This document shows, piece by piece, positions 53,718 through 64,000 of a stretch of 64,000 nt of DNA (within the stretch, counting starts at the first letter, position 1; every line of letters begins with the position of its first letter). The notes below the pieces were generated by a model that made no database searches, was not told where the DNA came from, and saw nothing but the letters and a program-made list of their open reading frames with translations. Origin of the DNA: Octopus sinensis (taxonomy: Eukaryota); the NCBI RefSeq assembly GCF_006345805.1, contig NC_043000.1, forward strand, positions 22,816,001 through 22,880,000. Reading direction: 5' to 3'. The position numbers and the translations under genes were made by a program.

Positions 53718-53832
53718 TGTTTTGTTATTATTATTATTATTATATTATTATTATTATTTATTATTATTATTATTATTATTATTTTATTATCATTAGTATT
53801 ATTATTATTATTATTATCATTATTATTATTAT

Positions 53833-53871
<39 letters not shown>

Positions 53872-54379
53872 GTGTGTATGTATGTATGGATGGATGGATG
53901 GATGGATGGATGGATGGACGGATGGACAGATGGACGGATGGATGTCTTATGCATGTACGTATGCAGGAACGGAAGACGAGTAAACTATGAAGAAAATTGG
54001 AATTTTAAATTACTGAAAGAGAGCCATGGAATGCAAACTATTGGCAATTAAGGAACTACAAATAAATAAGAATAATTGGTTAAATTAATTAAAGTTTAGC
54101 AAAACCGTATCGATCGGAATGACTCGTAGGATAAAAGTCAAATGCAAACATTTCAACCAGTGCTTTATACATTTCCAGAATTGTATCTGTGTCTGCCAAA
54201 CATCAGATTATTCTTCCTTTCATGGCATTGCTTGTTACCAATTTTAATTGAGACTTTGGTTGGTCAATCTATTTCAAGAAGATATTCTATGTTTGTAATT
54301 ATTTTTGAATTGTCATGGCGGCGAGCTGAAGAGTTAAAGCGTCGGAAAAGATACCTTATGGTGTTTCTTCTGGACCTTT

Positions 54380-54790
54380 TATCATCATCATTGTTCAACC
54401 GTGGTCGAGACAATGGAATTTACTATGTTACGCCTGACTTCACGGTCCATCATAGCATTACGAGGTCCTGTTGCTGGATGCCTGTATCCCTGGAGATTAC
54501 ATCAGGATAGGAGAGTGTGCGCCCTCTGGTATCGCGAGCAAATGGCTTCCAGAGGAGAAGAGTAGAAATAACCTCGTTTTCAGCTCTACAACAATGTCCA
54601 GCAAACTGGACTCTTCTACCTTTCACAAGAGATGATAAAGGTTGTAATTTCCCATATATTTGTACTATGGTTGGGCGACGCTTCCACGAGAGATTTTGAG
54701 CTCTCATAAGGAGGCGAGTGTAAGTTCCATCCAACCGCCTCTCAAGCTTCTTTGATAACGTCCAGGTTTCTGAGCCATATAGTCTGGATC
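54380..54790 (-). mobile_element. RTE-like LINE 3' end with (TGA)n tail
   Basis: YGSETWTLSKKLERRLDGTYTRLLMRAQN..RRVQFAGHC..W..RGRTLSYPD. Confidence 0.8.
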
Positions 54791-55084
54791 TTTACGTTCT
54801 GAATTCAATTTCCGTCCTGGTCGACATTGCCATTCATCCACTTTGAGTCGACAAATTGAAGTCACAATCAAGAATGGAGGTCAATTATATCGATTAAACG
54901 CCTTCCCCAAAATAAATTACTGGCCGTGTCTCTAAGTCAAAAGCAACGTCGATTTGATGGAGGGAGGGAGCTAATTTACGGCACATATATTTGACCACTA
55001 TAAACGAATCATTTGTGTGGATCGTTTGGCAAAAAGGCTGGACGCTCATACGTCGTCTTCAACGAGAGAGTCCATCCTCCTTAT

Positions 55085-55662
55085 CATCATCATCATCATT
55101 ATCGCTTTACTTCTCAGAATGTTCGATCTTGTTTCTTCTGGTAAATTCTGTTAGAGCGGGCAGCAGCCTACTGTCAGAGGTCTCACAGGGTCTCTTTCCA
55201 CGCGTTATAAGCCTTGATACTTTGTTATCAATTACCGTGGGAGGCATTTAACATCCAAGTACCAATCTCAAAATTCTAGCTGTCCCCAGCAGAGCAGTTT
55301 TGGTGGGACTTGCTCTGCTCTCATGTCATTTCCGATTTCTCTGACATATTTCTCGAACTTGGTTGTTTGCGCTCCGAGTACCCCTATAACTACTGGAATG
55401 ACAGACACTCTCCTCATAGTCTACATTCTTACAATTTCGTCTTTTAGTAATCTGTATTTTTCAATCTTTTCCAGTTCTGTGTCACTTAAACGTGCATCCC
55501 CGGTATTGCAATATCTATAATCTTAGTTTCCTTTATTCCTCTATCTACGACAACAATGTCTGGTCTCCGAGCCACGATTAAGGAGTAACACTGGATTGTA
55601 AAATCCCATTGCATCTTATGTTTCTTGTTCTCGGTGACTCCTTCTGGGTCATATTCGTACCG
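55085..55662 (-). mobile_element. 5'-truncated R4/Dong 3' end (RLE), decayed
   Basis: YEYDPEGVTEN..WDFTIQ..RRPDIVVVD..IIDIAIP; IPVVIGVLG; ALLGTARIL; UTR then (TGA)n. Confidence 0.8.
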
Positions 55663-55690
55663 CTCATCATCATCATCATTATTATTATTA

Positions 55691-55732
<42 letters not shown>

Positions 55733-55735
55733 CAT

Positions 55736-56164
55736 TCAGTGGTCTTATTTTTATCACGTGCTTTCACTGCACTACCGAGCGCAGCTCTGTGTGCCTTGGG
55801 TGTATGTTGTGGTTTGTTGTGATGCCCTTATTGTTACTGTATTGAAAGTGTTTTACGTAGGATGTGTGCGGTGCCTAGTAGTGCTATCTTCTGTATGTTA
55901 TATATGCTTGTTAGTCCTGGTGTTTTTGTTACGTGTTTGTTTGAATATTTTTTATCATACTTAATGCGCCCGCTATGATAGGAATTGTTTCTGTTTTTAG
56001 ACTCTGTTTCCAGATCTCTGTGTTTTGAAAGTTTCTCCGTTTCTTTTAGAGAAACATTGTCATCTGTTGGTATTGATATATCGATTAGAAAGCATTTTTT
56101 CTTGATGATCTCTAACAACTATATCCGGCCTATTGACCTTAATTTCTCTACCAGTGTGTATTGG

Positions 56165-56165
<1 letters not shown>
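55736..56165 (-). mobile_element. 5'-truncated R4/Dong 3' end (RLE), third family
   Basis: NRPDIVVRD..CFLIDISIPTDDNVSLKETEKLSK..IQKIALLGTAHILRKTLSIQ*; (TAA)n at 55664-55735 and 56166-56207. Confidence 0.85.
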
Positions 56166-56204
<39 letters not shown>

Positions 56205-56224
56205 ATTAGTTAAAATAAGAACTA

Positions 56225-57010
56225 GCTGAGCACTCGGGGTCGATGTAATCGACTTACCCACTCCTACGAAAGTGCTGGCCTTGTGCCAAAGTTTGAAACC
56301 ATTATCCTTATTATGAGCTGCCAAGGCAGCGAGCTGTTAGAAAGGCGGAAAATATGTTGCCGATTTTTTCTGCGCTTTACATTCTGTGTTTAAATTCTGC
56401 CGTGGTCAACTTTACCGGTCATCCATTTGGAATGAAATAAAGTACGAGGCGGTAAAATAAAGTACCAGTCAAGTACTTGAAGCATTGTAGTCCAACTCAT
56501 CTCTCCCCTTAAAATTGTTAGTTTTGTGTCTTAATCAGAAGCAATTCTTTTACGGTAGTGGATTAGCGGGAAGGCGAGGAGCTGGCAGAATCGTTAGCAC
56601 GCCGGGTGAAATGCGTAGCCGTATTTCGTCTGCAGTTACGTTCTGAGTTCAAATTCCGCCGAGGTCGACTTTGCCTTTCATCCTTTCGGGGTATATTAAA
56701 TAAGTACCAGTTACGCACTGGGGTCGATGTAATTGACTTAATCCGTTTATTTGTCTTTGTTTGTCCCCTCTGTGTTTAGCCCATTGTGGGTAGTAAAGAA
56801 ATAGGTAGTGGATTAGCAGATTTTTTAGATCGTCAAGAAAATGCTTCCCGATATTTTTTCCGCTTCTTTATATTATGAGTTCAAATCCTGACGAGGTCAG
56901 CTTTGCCTTTCAACCTCCTTGGATCGATAAAGAATAAAGAAAGTACTAGTCAAATACTGGAGTTGATAGTCTCGACTAGCTCCCTTAAACTTGCCGGCCT
57001 TGCGTTTAAA
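56225..57010 (+). mobile_element. Cluster of four SINE-B/B' units
   Basis: Units at ~56225, 56320, 56568-56803 (14-bp TSD ggtagtggattagc at 56554 and 56804) and 56804-57010. Confidence 0.85.
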
Positions 57011-58096
57011 TTAGAAGCAACCATTTACAATTATAGCCCTTGCATTTGTTTGATTTAAGAGTCGTTCAATGTTTGCTTCTCTTTGGCATAGGTTTAATCT
57101 TGATTTATTAAATCTATCGTGTTCACCACATGAAGTGTGATATCGTTTACTAAAATACTTTATATAGTATTACAATTTGGGGTAGATAAATACATGACAC
57201 ACACACGCACAAACAGAAAGTAACACCAAGATTCAACAAAATATCTATGGTGCTTAATGATTGAATCATACGTGTATCTAGACAAATAGTTGCAGGTGTG
57301 GGTTTGATAAAAGAAATGATTGATAAACAGCGGACGAGATTAGAAGTGTTTGCCGACAGAAAAGCAAATAAGCAGTTGGATATTAATTACACGGGGATTT
57401 CTGGGCAGTTGCAGTTATTTTCTCACTGTATTTTGCTTGAGGTAGGGCATCTATCACAATACTACTTGAAGCAACAAGTGGTTTCTATGGTGTGACCACC
57501 CTGAAGACCGAATTATCAAAGAGAACTGCGGAGTGTTTATTGAATGTCTCCAACTGTACCAGGAAAAACCAATCTCAGCTGGAAATAGCAAATGACATTA
57601 TAATGCTAAAACTAATCATGACACGGGAGCATGTCTTTGAGTCAAATAAATGTGGGGGGATTATCTTTGTTAAAGGAAAATAGTTAAAGCGGAAGAATTT
57701 GATAAACTCTCAGAAAGAATAAAGTCACTTGATCAAAATAAGAATGGAATCTATAAATTGGAATGGAAAACTACTGCAGATAGAATACTGTTCTGTCAAA
57801 GGAGATGTAAAAAATGCAAATCTCAGGGGCGGAAGGTGAAATATGGGTATAGAGAAATGGGAATGGAAAAAGAATGAAAAAATTACAAGGAATGAAATTT
57901 GATGGAATCTAAAATCATGTGAGACAGCAACAGAATTTAGTAGAATTAAAGATTAAGTAGTTTAAAGAATAAAATCTACAGAGTGAAGTGTTTAAGAATC
58001 TTTATTTCAAAAAGTGTAACTTAAGTTCAATAAAAGATCTTTCTGTTATTAACAAGAACTAGTGTTACCCTTCATATGACTCTAGCTTTGGAAGTA

Positions 58097-58691
58097 CAGT
58101 AACCCCTCGCCAAATCGCGGTTCAACTATCGCGGTTTATTATTGAAGATTAAGTCGATTCCTCCGTGGTGTTGTTTTGCCTTTATAATAAAACTAGCAGT
58201 ATCGCCCGTCGTTGCTCGGGTTTGTTTCGACCCTTTAGAATTGGATTTGTATTATGTAGTTTGTTATTCTCTTTAAAGTGAACATTTTTCTGGTTGAAAT
58301 ACACCGAGAAATGGCGACACAGCAATCAAAAAATCGTAAAGAATAGGAATTTTCATAGAAAAAAGCACCTTTTTGATGTAAATAATTTTTTGTGTTAATA
58401 TGGTCCGATTTGAATTTTTTCGTCTACGGAAGGAAAAGCAAGCCTTCTTCTATCATACTCTCAATTTTGGTCAACTTGCGCCGCAGAGTCTCGGAGGAGA
58501 TAGTGTTAGTTGAAGGTTACAAACCTGCCACACACAGACAACTTCAGCTTTATATACATAGAGATAAAGATATACAAATTATAAAAATAATTTTTTAAAT
58601 ATCTACGTACAGTACTGGTTCTACTTCGTAGATTTTCACCAATCGCGGGGCGGTTTGGAACGTAACTCCTGTGATAGTTGAGGGATTGGTG
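58097..58691. mobile_element. pogo/Tigger-like MITE
   Basis: TA|cagtaacccctcg ... gagggattggtg|TA imperfect TIRs; repeated atcgcgg motifs. Confidence 0.55.
58193..58564 (-). mobile_element. Short non-autonomous Helitron nested in the MITE
   Basis: Minus strand: A|TCTCTATGTATATAAAGCTG ... cccgagcaacgacggg hairpin, CTAG|T. Confidence 0.75.
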
Positions 58692-59206
58692 TATAATTTT
58701 GCAACCATGGATAACATCAGGAAATATAGCATAAATGGTGAATGTGTGGTTTTCGCTGAACGACCTACGCAGAGGATTTGTTTATGGTGATCAAATGTGT
58801 GTAGTGTACATAAGCTCATTCCCTCCATGAAATCAACGTTGTATGTACACGTGCACTGTGTGCCACATGTCAGATGTCGAAATGATTGCAGAGCAACAAA
58901 AAATGAAGTGTTTTGCTCAAGAATACAACACGCCTTGGTGCTTCTACAAAATTAAGAAATAAATAATAATTTTCAAACGAAAATCATTTATCACCTTCAA
59001 ACGAAATAAGATGAGACAATTTCTCCTTTGTAAATTTGCAATATTTTTCTCAATTTTTTTTTCGGCATAATCGCATCAAAAGCCTATCTTTGCAAAATTT
59101 CATTTAAAAATGTATATTTTTCAGAAAGTTATAAAACACTCATCATGTACTAATTATGAATTATGTTAACTTTCTCTGATCCCTCTTTCCCACCATCTCT
59201 CTCTCT

Positions 59207-59292
<86 letters not shown>

Positions 59293-59383
59293 GGAGAGTT
59301 CACGAAAAAAAAACAAAAGACGAAGACAGGTGGTGTACAAAACAAACAGATGTATTAGTATAACGCTCAGGAATAGAAAAAGT

Positions 59384-59419
59384 CTTTTACGTTTCGAGCC
59401 TACGCTCTTCTATAGAAAG
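59384..59419 (-). ncRNA. Minimal hammerhead-like motif, core mutated
   Basis: CTTT CTATAGA A GAGC-GTAG-GCTC GAA ACGT A AAAG. Confidence 0.5.
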
Positions 59420-59719
59420 GGACACAGAGAAAAAAAATAAGGATAGAAACAAGGAGAGAAAAAATGTGTGTAGTGGCTACCGATCTATCATATATCAAAA
59501 AATCAAGGGTATGAAAGGCATTGGTGTCAGGAAAACCCAAAAGGTATCGGGTAAAAGCTAAGTGCTATGGATAGACCACGGTCAAGCTCCAGGCTCGATA
59601 ATGGATACGAATAAGGAGTCCAACGTGGGTCGTGTATTAGCATGCATATATATAAATTGATAGAATGAGATAAAAAAACTAAGGCAATAAATAGACTTCA
59701 TAACATTTATCAAGAAAAG

Positions 59720-59767
59720 GTCTTACAGCTGTTTCCGGGATATTTTACATATCTCTTCATCAGAGAC
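59720..59767 (-). ncRNA. Type I hammerhead ribozyme motif
   Basis: GTCT CTGATGA A GAGATAT-GTAAA-ATATCCC G GAA ACAGCTGT A AGAC. Confidence 0.8.
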
Positions 59768-59912
59768 GGGGCGAGAAAATGTTTGAGTATTAATTATTGT
59801 TGGGAAGATATGAAATAGAGAGGGAAGTAAGAGAATGAAAATAGAAGTGAGATACATAAGGATATTGTATTTGCAGTTCCATTATTCAAGTAGAATGGTG
59901 TATATAAGTGGT

Positions 59913-59960
59913 GTCTCTAATGAAGAGATATGTAAAATATCTCGGAAACAGCTGTAAGAC
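59913..59960 (+). ncRNA. Inverted copy of the 59720 hammerhead (G5A)
   Basis: GTCT CTAATGA A GAGATAT-GTAAA-ATATCTC G GAA ACAGCTGT A AGAC. Confidence 0.65.
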
Positions 59961-60171
59961 CTTTTCTTGATAAATGTTAGAAATCTATTTACCGCCTTGG
60001 GTTTTTTTAATCCCTTTCTGTCAATTTATATATAGAGAGAATAGAATTGGAAAATTTTAAATCAGGGAGACTACGATTAACACATACATATACGGGTGAA
60101 ATATATTTATTGATATATTAGAGATATAAAAATATATAAATACTAAAAATATACATGGACTTATAGGTGGA

Positions 60172-60554
60172 TGGAAGCACTCCGTCGGTTACGACGACGA
60201 GGATTCCGGTTGATCCGATCAACGGAACAGCCTGCTCGTGAAATTAACGTGTAAGTGGCTGAGCACTCCACAGACACGTGTACCCTTAACGTAGTTCTCG
60301 GGGATATTCAGTGTGACACAGAGAGTGACAAGGTCGGCCCTTTGAAATACAGGTACAACAGAAACAGGAAGTAAGAGTGAGAGAAAGTTGTGGTGAAAGA
60401 GTACAGCAGGGATCACCAGCATCCCCTGCCGGAGCCTCGTGGAGCTTTAGGTGTTTTCGCTCAATAAACACACACAACGCCCGGTCTGGGAATCGAAACC
60501 GCGATCCTACGACCGCGAGTCCGCTGCCCTAACCACTGGGCCATTGCGCCTCCA
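60172..60554 (-). mobile_element. SINE-C, full length
   Basis: Near-identical reverse complement of 61648-62029. Confidence 0.93.
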
Positions 60555-60621
60555 CGTTTACTCTAGATATGCGTTCAGTAAAGAACTGAACCCATATCTA
60601 GAGTAAACATCATTTTTCTTT

Positions 60622-60709
60622 TTCCCTGATGAAGGTAGCATATTCTGGAAATGAATCTTACGATTCATCTTTAAATTCAACGAATGAGCCCCAGAAACGA
60701 TCGTCGGAA
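60622..60709 (+). ncRNA. Type I hammerhead ribozyme motif with long stem II
   Basis: TTCC CTGATGA A GG..ATGAATC-TTAC-GATTCAT..CC A GAA ACGATCGT C GGAA; GUC cleavage triplet. Confidence 0.75.
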
Positions 60710-61647
60710 CTCTTTTTCTTCTAGCGTGTAACCCAAAACTCTTTTTAATACGTATTACTCTACTACATTTTAATTTTTTAATGAAAACGTTTTGTATCTA
60801 TATTCCACTATTATTTATATCTATATTCTATTATTAGTCTGTTTATATACCTATACACCTATAAGTCCATGTATATTTTCAATATTTATATATTGTTATA
60901 TTTCTGTATATTTTTATATCTCTAATATATCAATACGTGTTTCAGTTCAGACAATCCTTATTTTATCTTAACTAAACCCGTATACGTATATGTTAATCGT
61001 AGTTTGTCTGATTTAAACTTTTTCCATTCTATCCACTATACTTATCTAACGCCTCAGGTTCGACTTGAGCACTTCCATGCTATGTGTTTCGTAAGAAAAT
61101 TATAACTATATATATATACATATAACTATATATATACGTATAACTATACACACACAAACACACACACACGAAAGCATGCTGAGAAGCTCCTGGCTTTAAG
61201 GCTTTAAGGGTGTCGCGAAAGGCCTGGTTGGAAGCCCAACCTTTCCAGTTCTTTTACAGGGATTAGAAACACTGAAGGACCGCTGCAATAAGTGTGTTTT
61301 CTGTTACCTAAAACCAGGAACTTCTCAGCAACCCCTCGTTGTGTGTGTATGTATATGTGTGCGTGTGTGTGTGTGAACATATATATATATCGTTGCTATT
61401 ATGTTAAACTGTCGCGTGTCCAAATTTGGTCAAATGCGTTTTTTTTTTCAATAGCCGGTCCTTTTAGTCAAACTATCGCATCTCCAGCTGATTCAGATGC
61501 CAAGATATCAAAAATTGTCAAAGTGTAGTACAACGGTTTTGCTAATGAATGGTGTAACTATGTTTTCCGTTTTCTGAAAAAGCAACGTTTTGATCTTACG
61601 ACACTTTTGCATAATAGCAACGATATATATATATATATATATATTGC

Positions 61648-62029
61648 GGAGGCGCAATGGCCCAGTGGTTAGGGCAGCGGACTCGCGGTCATAGGATCGC
61701 GGTTTCGATTCCCAGACCGGGCGTTGTGTGTGTTTATTGAGCGAAAACACCTAAAGCTCCACGAGGCTCCGGCAGGGGATGCTGGTGATCCCTGCTGTAC
61801 TCTTTCACCACAACTTTCTCTCACTCTTACTTCCTGTTTCTGTTGTACCTGTATTTCAAAGGGCCGGCCTTGTCACACTCTGTGTCACGCTGAATCTCCT
61901 CGAGAACTACGTTAAGGGTACACGTGTCTGTGGAGTGCTCAGCCACTTACACGTTAATTTCACGAGCAGGCTGTTCCGTTGATCGGAACAACCGGAATCC
62001 TCATCGTCGTAACCGACGGAGTGCTTCCA
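61648..62029 (+). mobile_element. SINE-C, full length
   Basis: tRNA-like A/B boxes (tggcccagtggttagg; ggtttcgattccc); short (aattcca)n tail. Confidence 0.93.
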
Positions 62030-62284
62030 AATTCCAAATTCCAAATATATATATATATATGATTGAAAGCTTGACAGGACAAATTGATCGACAAACATTA
62101 TATCGGCTTTTACATTTATTATTTAGAGATAGTTCAAACAAGAACATGGAAGAAATTGAGTGAAATGAAAATAATAGCAAACTTGTACGAACAATGCAAG
62201 TTAAAAAGAAAATTGTTCATTTGCTGTATGGATGTACAGTGACTATATATCGGAGTCAATTTTTACCACATGGCCAGCAACTTC

Positions 62285-62487
62285 GGGGCAGTGAGTTAAG
62301 CCGATTACCTCGGTCCCAGTGATCAACTGGTACTCATTTTATCGTTCCCGATCAACTGGTACTCATTTTATCGTTCCCGAAGAGATGAAAAGCGAAGTCG
62401 ACCTCGGCGGAATTTGAACTTAGAACGTAAAGATGGAGGAAATGTTGTTAGCCCAGCGTGCTAACGACTCTGCCAGCTCGCTGCCTT
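62285..62487 (-). mobile_element. SINE-B' with an internal ~29-bp tandem duplication
   Basis: gatcaactggtactcattttatcgttccc occurs twice. Confidence 0.8.
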
Positions 62488-62510
62488 AAGGGGACTATAT
62501 ATTATGCATT

Positions 62511-62741
62511 GACGGCGAGCTGGCAGAAACGTTAGCACGCCAGGCAAAATGCGTAGCCGTATTTCGTCTGTCGTTACGTTCCAAGTTCAAATTCCGCCGA
62601 GGTCGACTTTACCTTTCATCCTTTCAGGGTCGATAAATTAAGTACCAGTTACACACTGGGGTCGATGTAATCGACTTATTCCCTTTGTCTGTCCTTGTTT
62701 GTCCCCTCTGTGTTTAGCCCCTTGTGGGTAGTAAAGAAATA
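62511..62741 (+). mobile_element. SINE-B with 15-bp TSD
   Basis: tatatattatgcatt at 62496-62510 and 62742-62756. Confidence 0.92.
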
Positions 62742-63385
62742 TATATATTATGCATTACTGATCCAGACTAAGTTGGGCAGAGAAAGAATGAGTGATTGAT
62801 TGAAAACTATTCAAAATGCTATGAAATCAGATGAGATGAGGTGAAAACTTTGGACAATAAGGCGCAGAGCTTGCAGTTCGGATATTAAATATTGTGTGAG
62901 TGAAACCAGCACTGTAATAAAAACCAGATTTAATCTTAGAGAAAAATCACCAAAAGCATGTACGGGTTAATGATATGGCCAGTTACTGTAAATAAAATAC
63001 TCGAAAAGAGTGTTTTTCTTACATGTGAAATGAGAAACTGAGAAAGTACCAAATACGTCAAAGGAGCGTTGGATCAATCTTTATATTGCATCATTTGTGG
63101 GTGAGTGGCATATACTCAAATATATATTTGTGTGTGTATGCATGCATGCTTGCATGTGTGTGTGTGTGTGAGTTTTGTGTGTTGGTTTATGTCAGACGAA
63201 TGAGAAGAAAGTGCTCAATATATATTGTAGAGGATATGGAGGATTTTTATTGAAACTAAAACTGAGAATTTGTCTCGAGACTCCAGTTCTCGCCTGGGGA
63301 TTGCCTGAAGACTCGAGTTGCAAGACAAAGTCTCAGATTTAGTTTTAATAATGTGTGTGTGTGTGTGTTTGTCTGTCTGTCTATC

Positions 63386-63551
63386 TGTGGCTGTGTGGTA
63401 AGAAGTTTGCATTCAGTCATGTGATTCCCGGTTCAGTCTCGCTGCGTGGTACCTTGGGCAAGTGTCTTCCACTATAGCCACGCCCAAAGTCTTGCAAGTA
63501 GATTTAGCGCACAGAAACTGAAAGAAACCCATCATGTGTGTGTGTATGTAT

Positions 63552-63604
<53 letters not shown>

Positions 63605-63805
63605 CAGTCCTCCATTACCTTTTGACAACCGGCGTTAGTATGTTTGTATCCCCCGTAACTTGGCGGTTCAGCTAAGGCGGTGATAGAATGAGTACTAGGC
63701 TTTAAAAATAAGTACAGGGTCGACTCATTCGACTAGAAAATTCTTCAAGTGGCACCCCAACATGACCGCAATCTAATGACTGAAACAAGTAAAAGATAAA
63801 AGATA
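63386..63805 (+). mobile_element. SINE-A, diverged
   Basis: Family head, internal (TG)n, tail. Confidence 0.85.
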
Positions 63806-63875
63806 CATTATGTATGTGTGTGCGTGTATTTGTGTGCATATCTACATAGAAATATATTTCATCAAAATATCTGTC

Positions 63876-64000
63876 TATATATAAAAGTGATGCTGTATGT
63901 ACCTGTGTAATCTCGTATAACTTCTGAATTTCACAACTGATTTTCTCTAAACTAGGAACATACATAACTTATTTCCAGAGATGGTTTTAGACTCTTAAAA
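63876..64000 (+). mobile_element. Possible Helitron 5' end running out of the window
   Basis: tctatatataaaag..tcacaactgattttctctaaact resembles the start of the 1358 element. Confidence 0.35.

Noticed and set aside
54170-54255. Terminal exon with GPI-like tail (IVSVSAKHQIILPFMALLVTNFN*)
   Set aside because: Short; the acceptor phase does not match the 41187 donor; no other support.
57290-58060. ORFs 57298-57495 and 57492-57683 as host exons or a LINE endonuclease
   Set aside because: Only a faint GVGLI-like motif, many stops and no clear splice pair.
61200-61300. Mariner C-terminal remnant (GLETLKDRCNKCV)
   Set aside because: Too short to support without TIRs or a second motif.
61648-61720. 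tRNA genes at the SINE heads
   Set aside because: A and B boxes are present, but there is no complete cloverleaf and each continues into a repeated SINE body.

Overview
AT-rich eukaryotic DNA dominated by repeats. The SINE families and microsatellite load point to an Octopus genome (inferred from recalled repeat families, not from a search). No complete host gene or intact autonomous transposon is visible, and most ORFs in the supplied track are microsatellite or SINE artefacts. The window holds about 40 copies of three tRNA-derived SINE groups, at least six R4/Dong-type RLE retrotransposon pieces chained through (TAA)n microsatellites, several RTE fragments, a Tx1/L1 RT fragment, a Naiad-like Penelope RT fragment, mariner/Tc1, hAT and pogo-type MITE remnants, and two non-autonomous Helitrons. 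It also holds at least five sequence families of type I hammerhead ribozyme motifs, each with a palindromic stem III and often inside fold-back (inverted) Penelope-type termini. A ~60-bp tandem array is bracketed by a 13-bp direct repeat and looks as if it was inserted as one unit. Two possible host exons on + are phase-compatible (33543-33675, 40969-41187). There is one 100-N gap.
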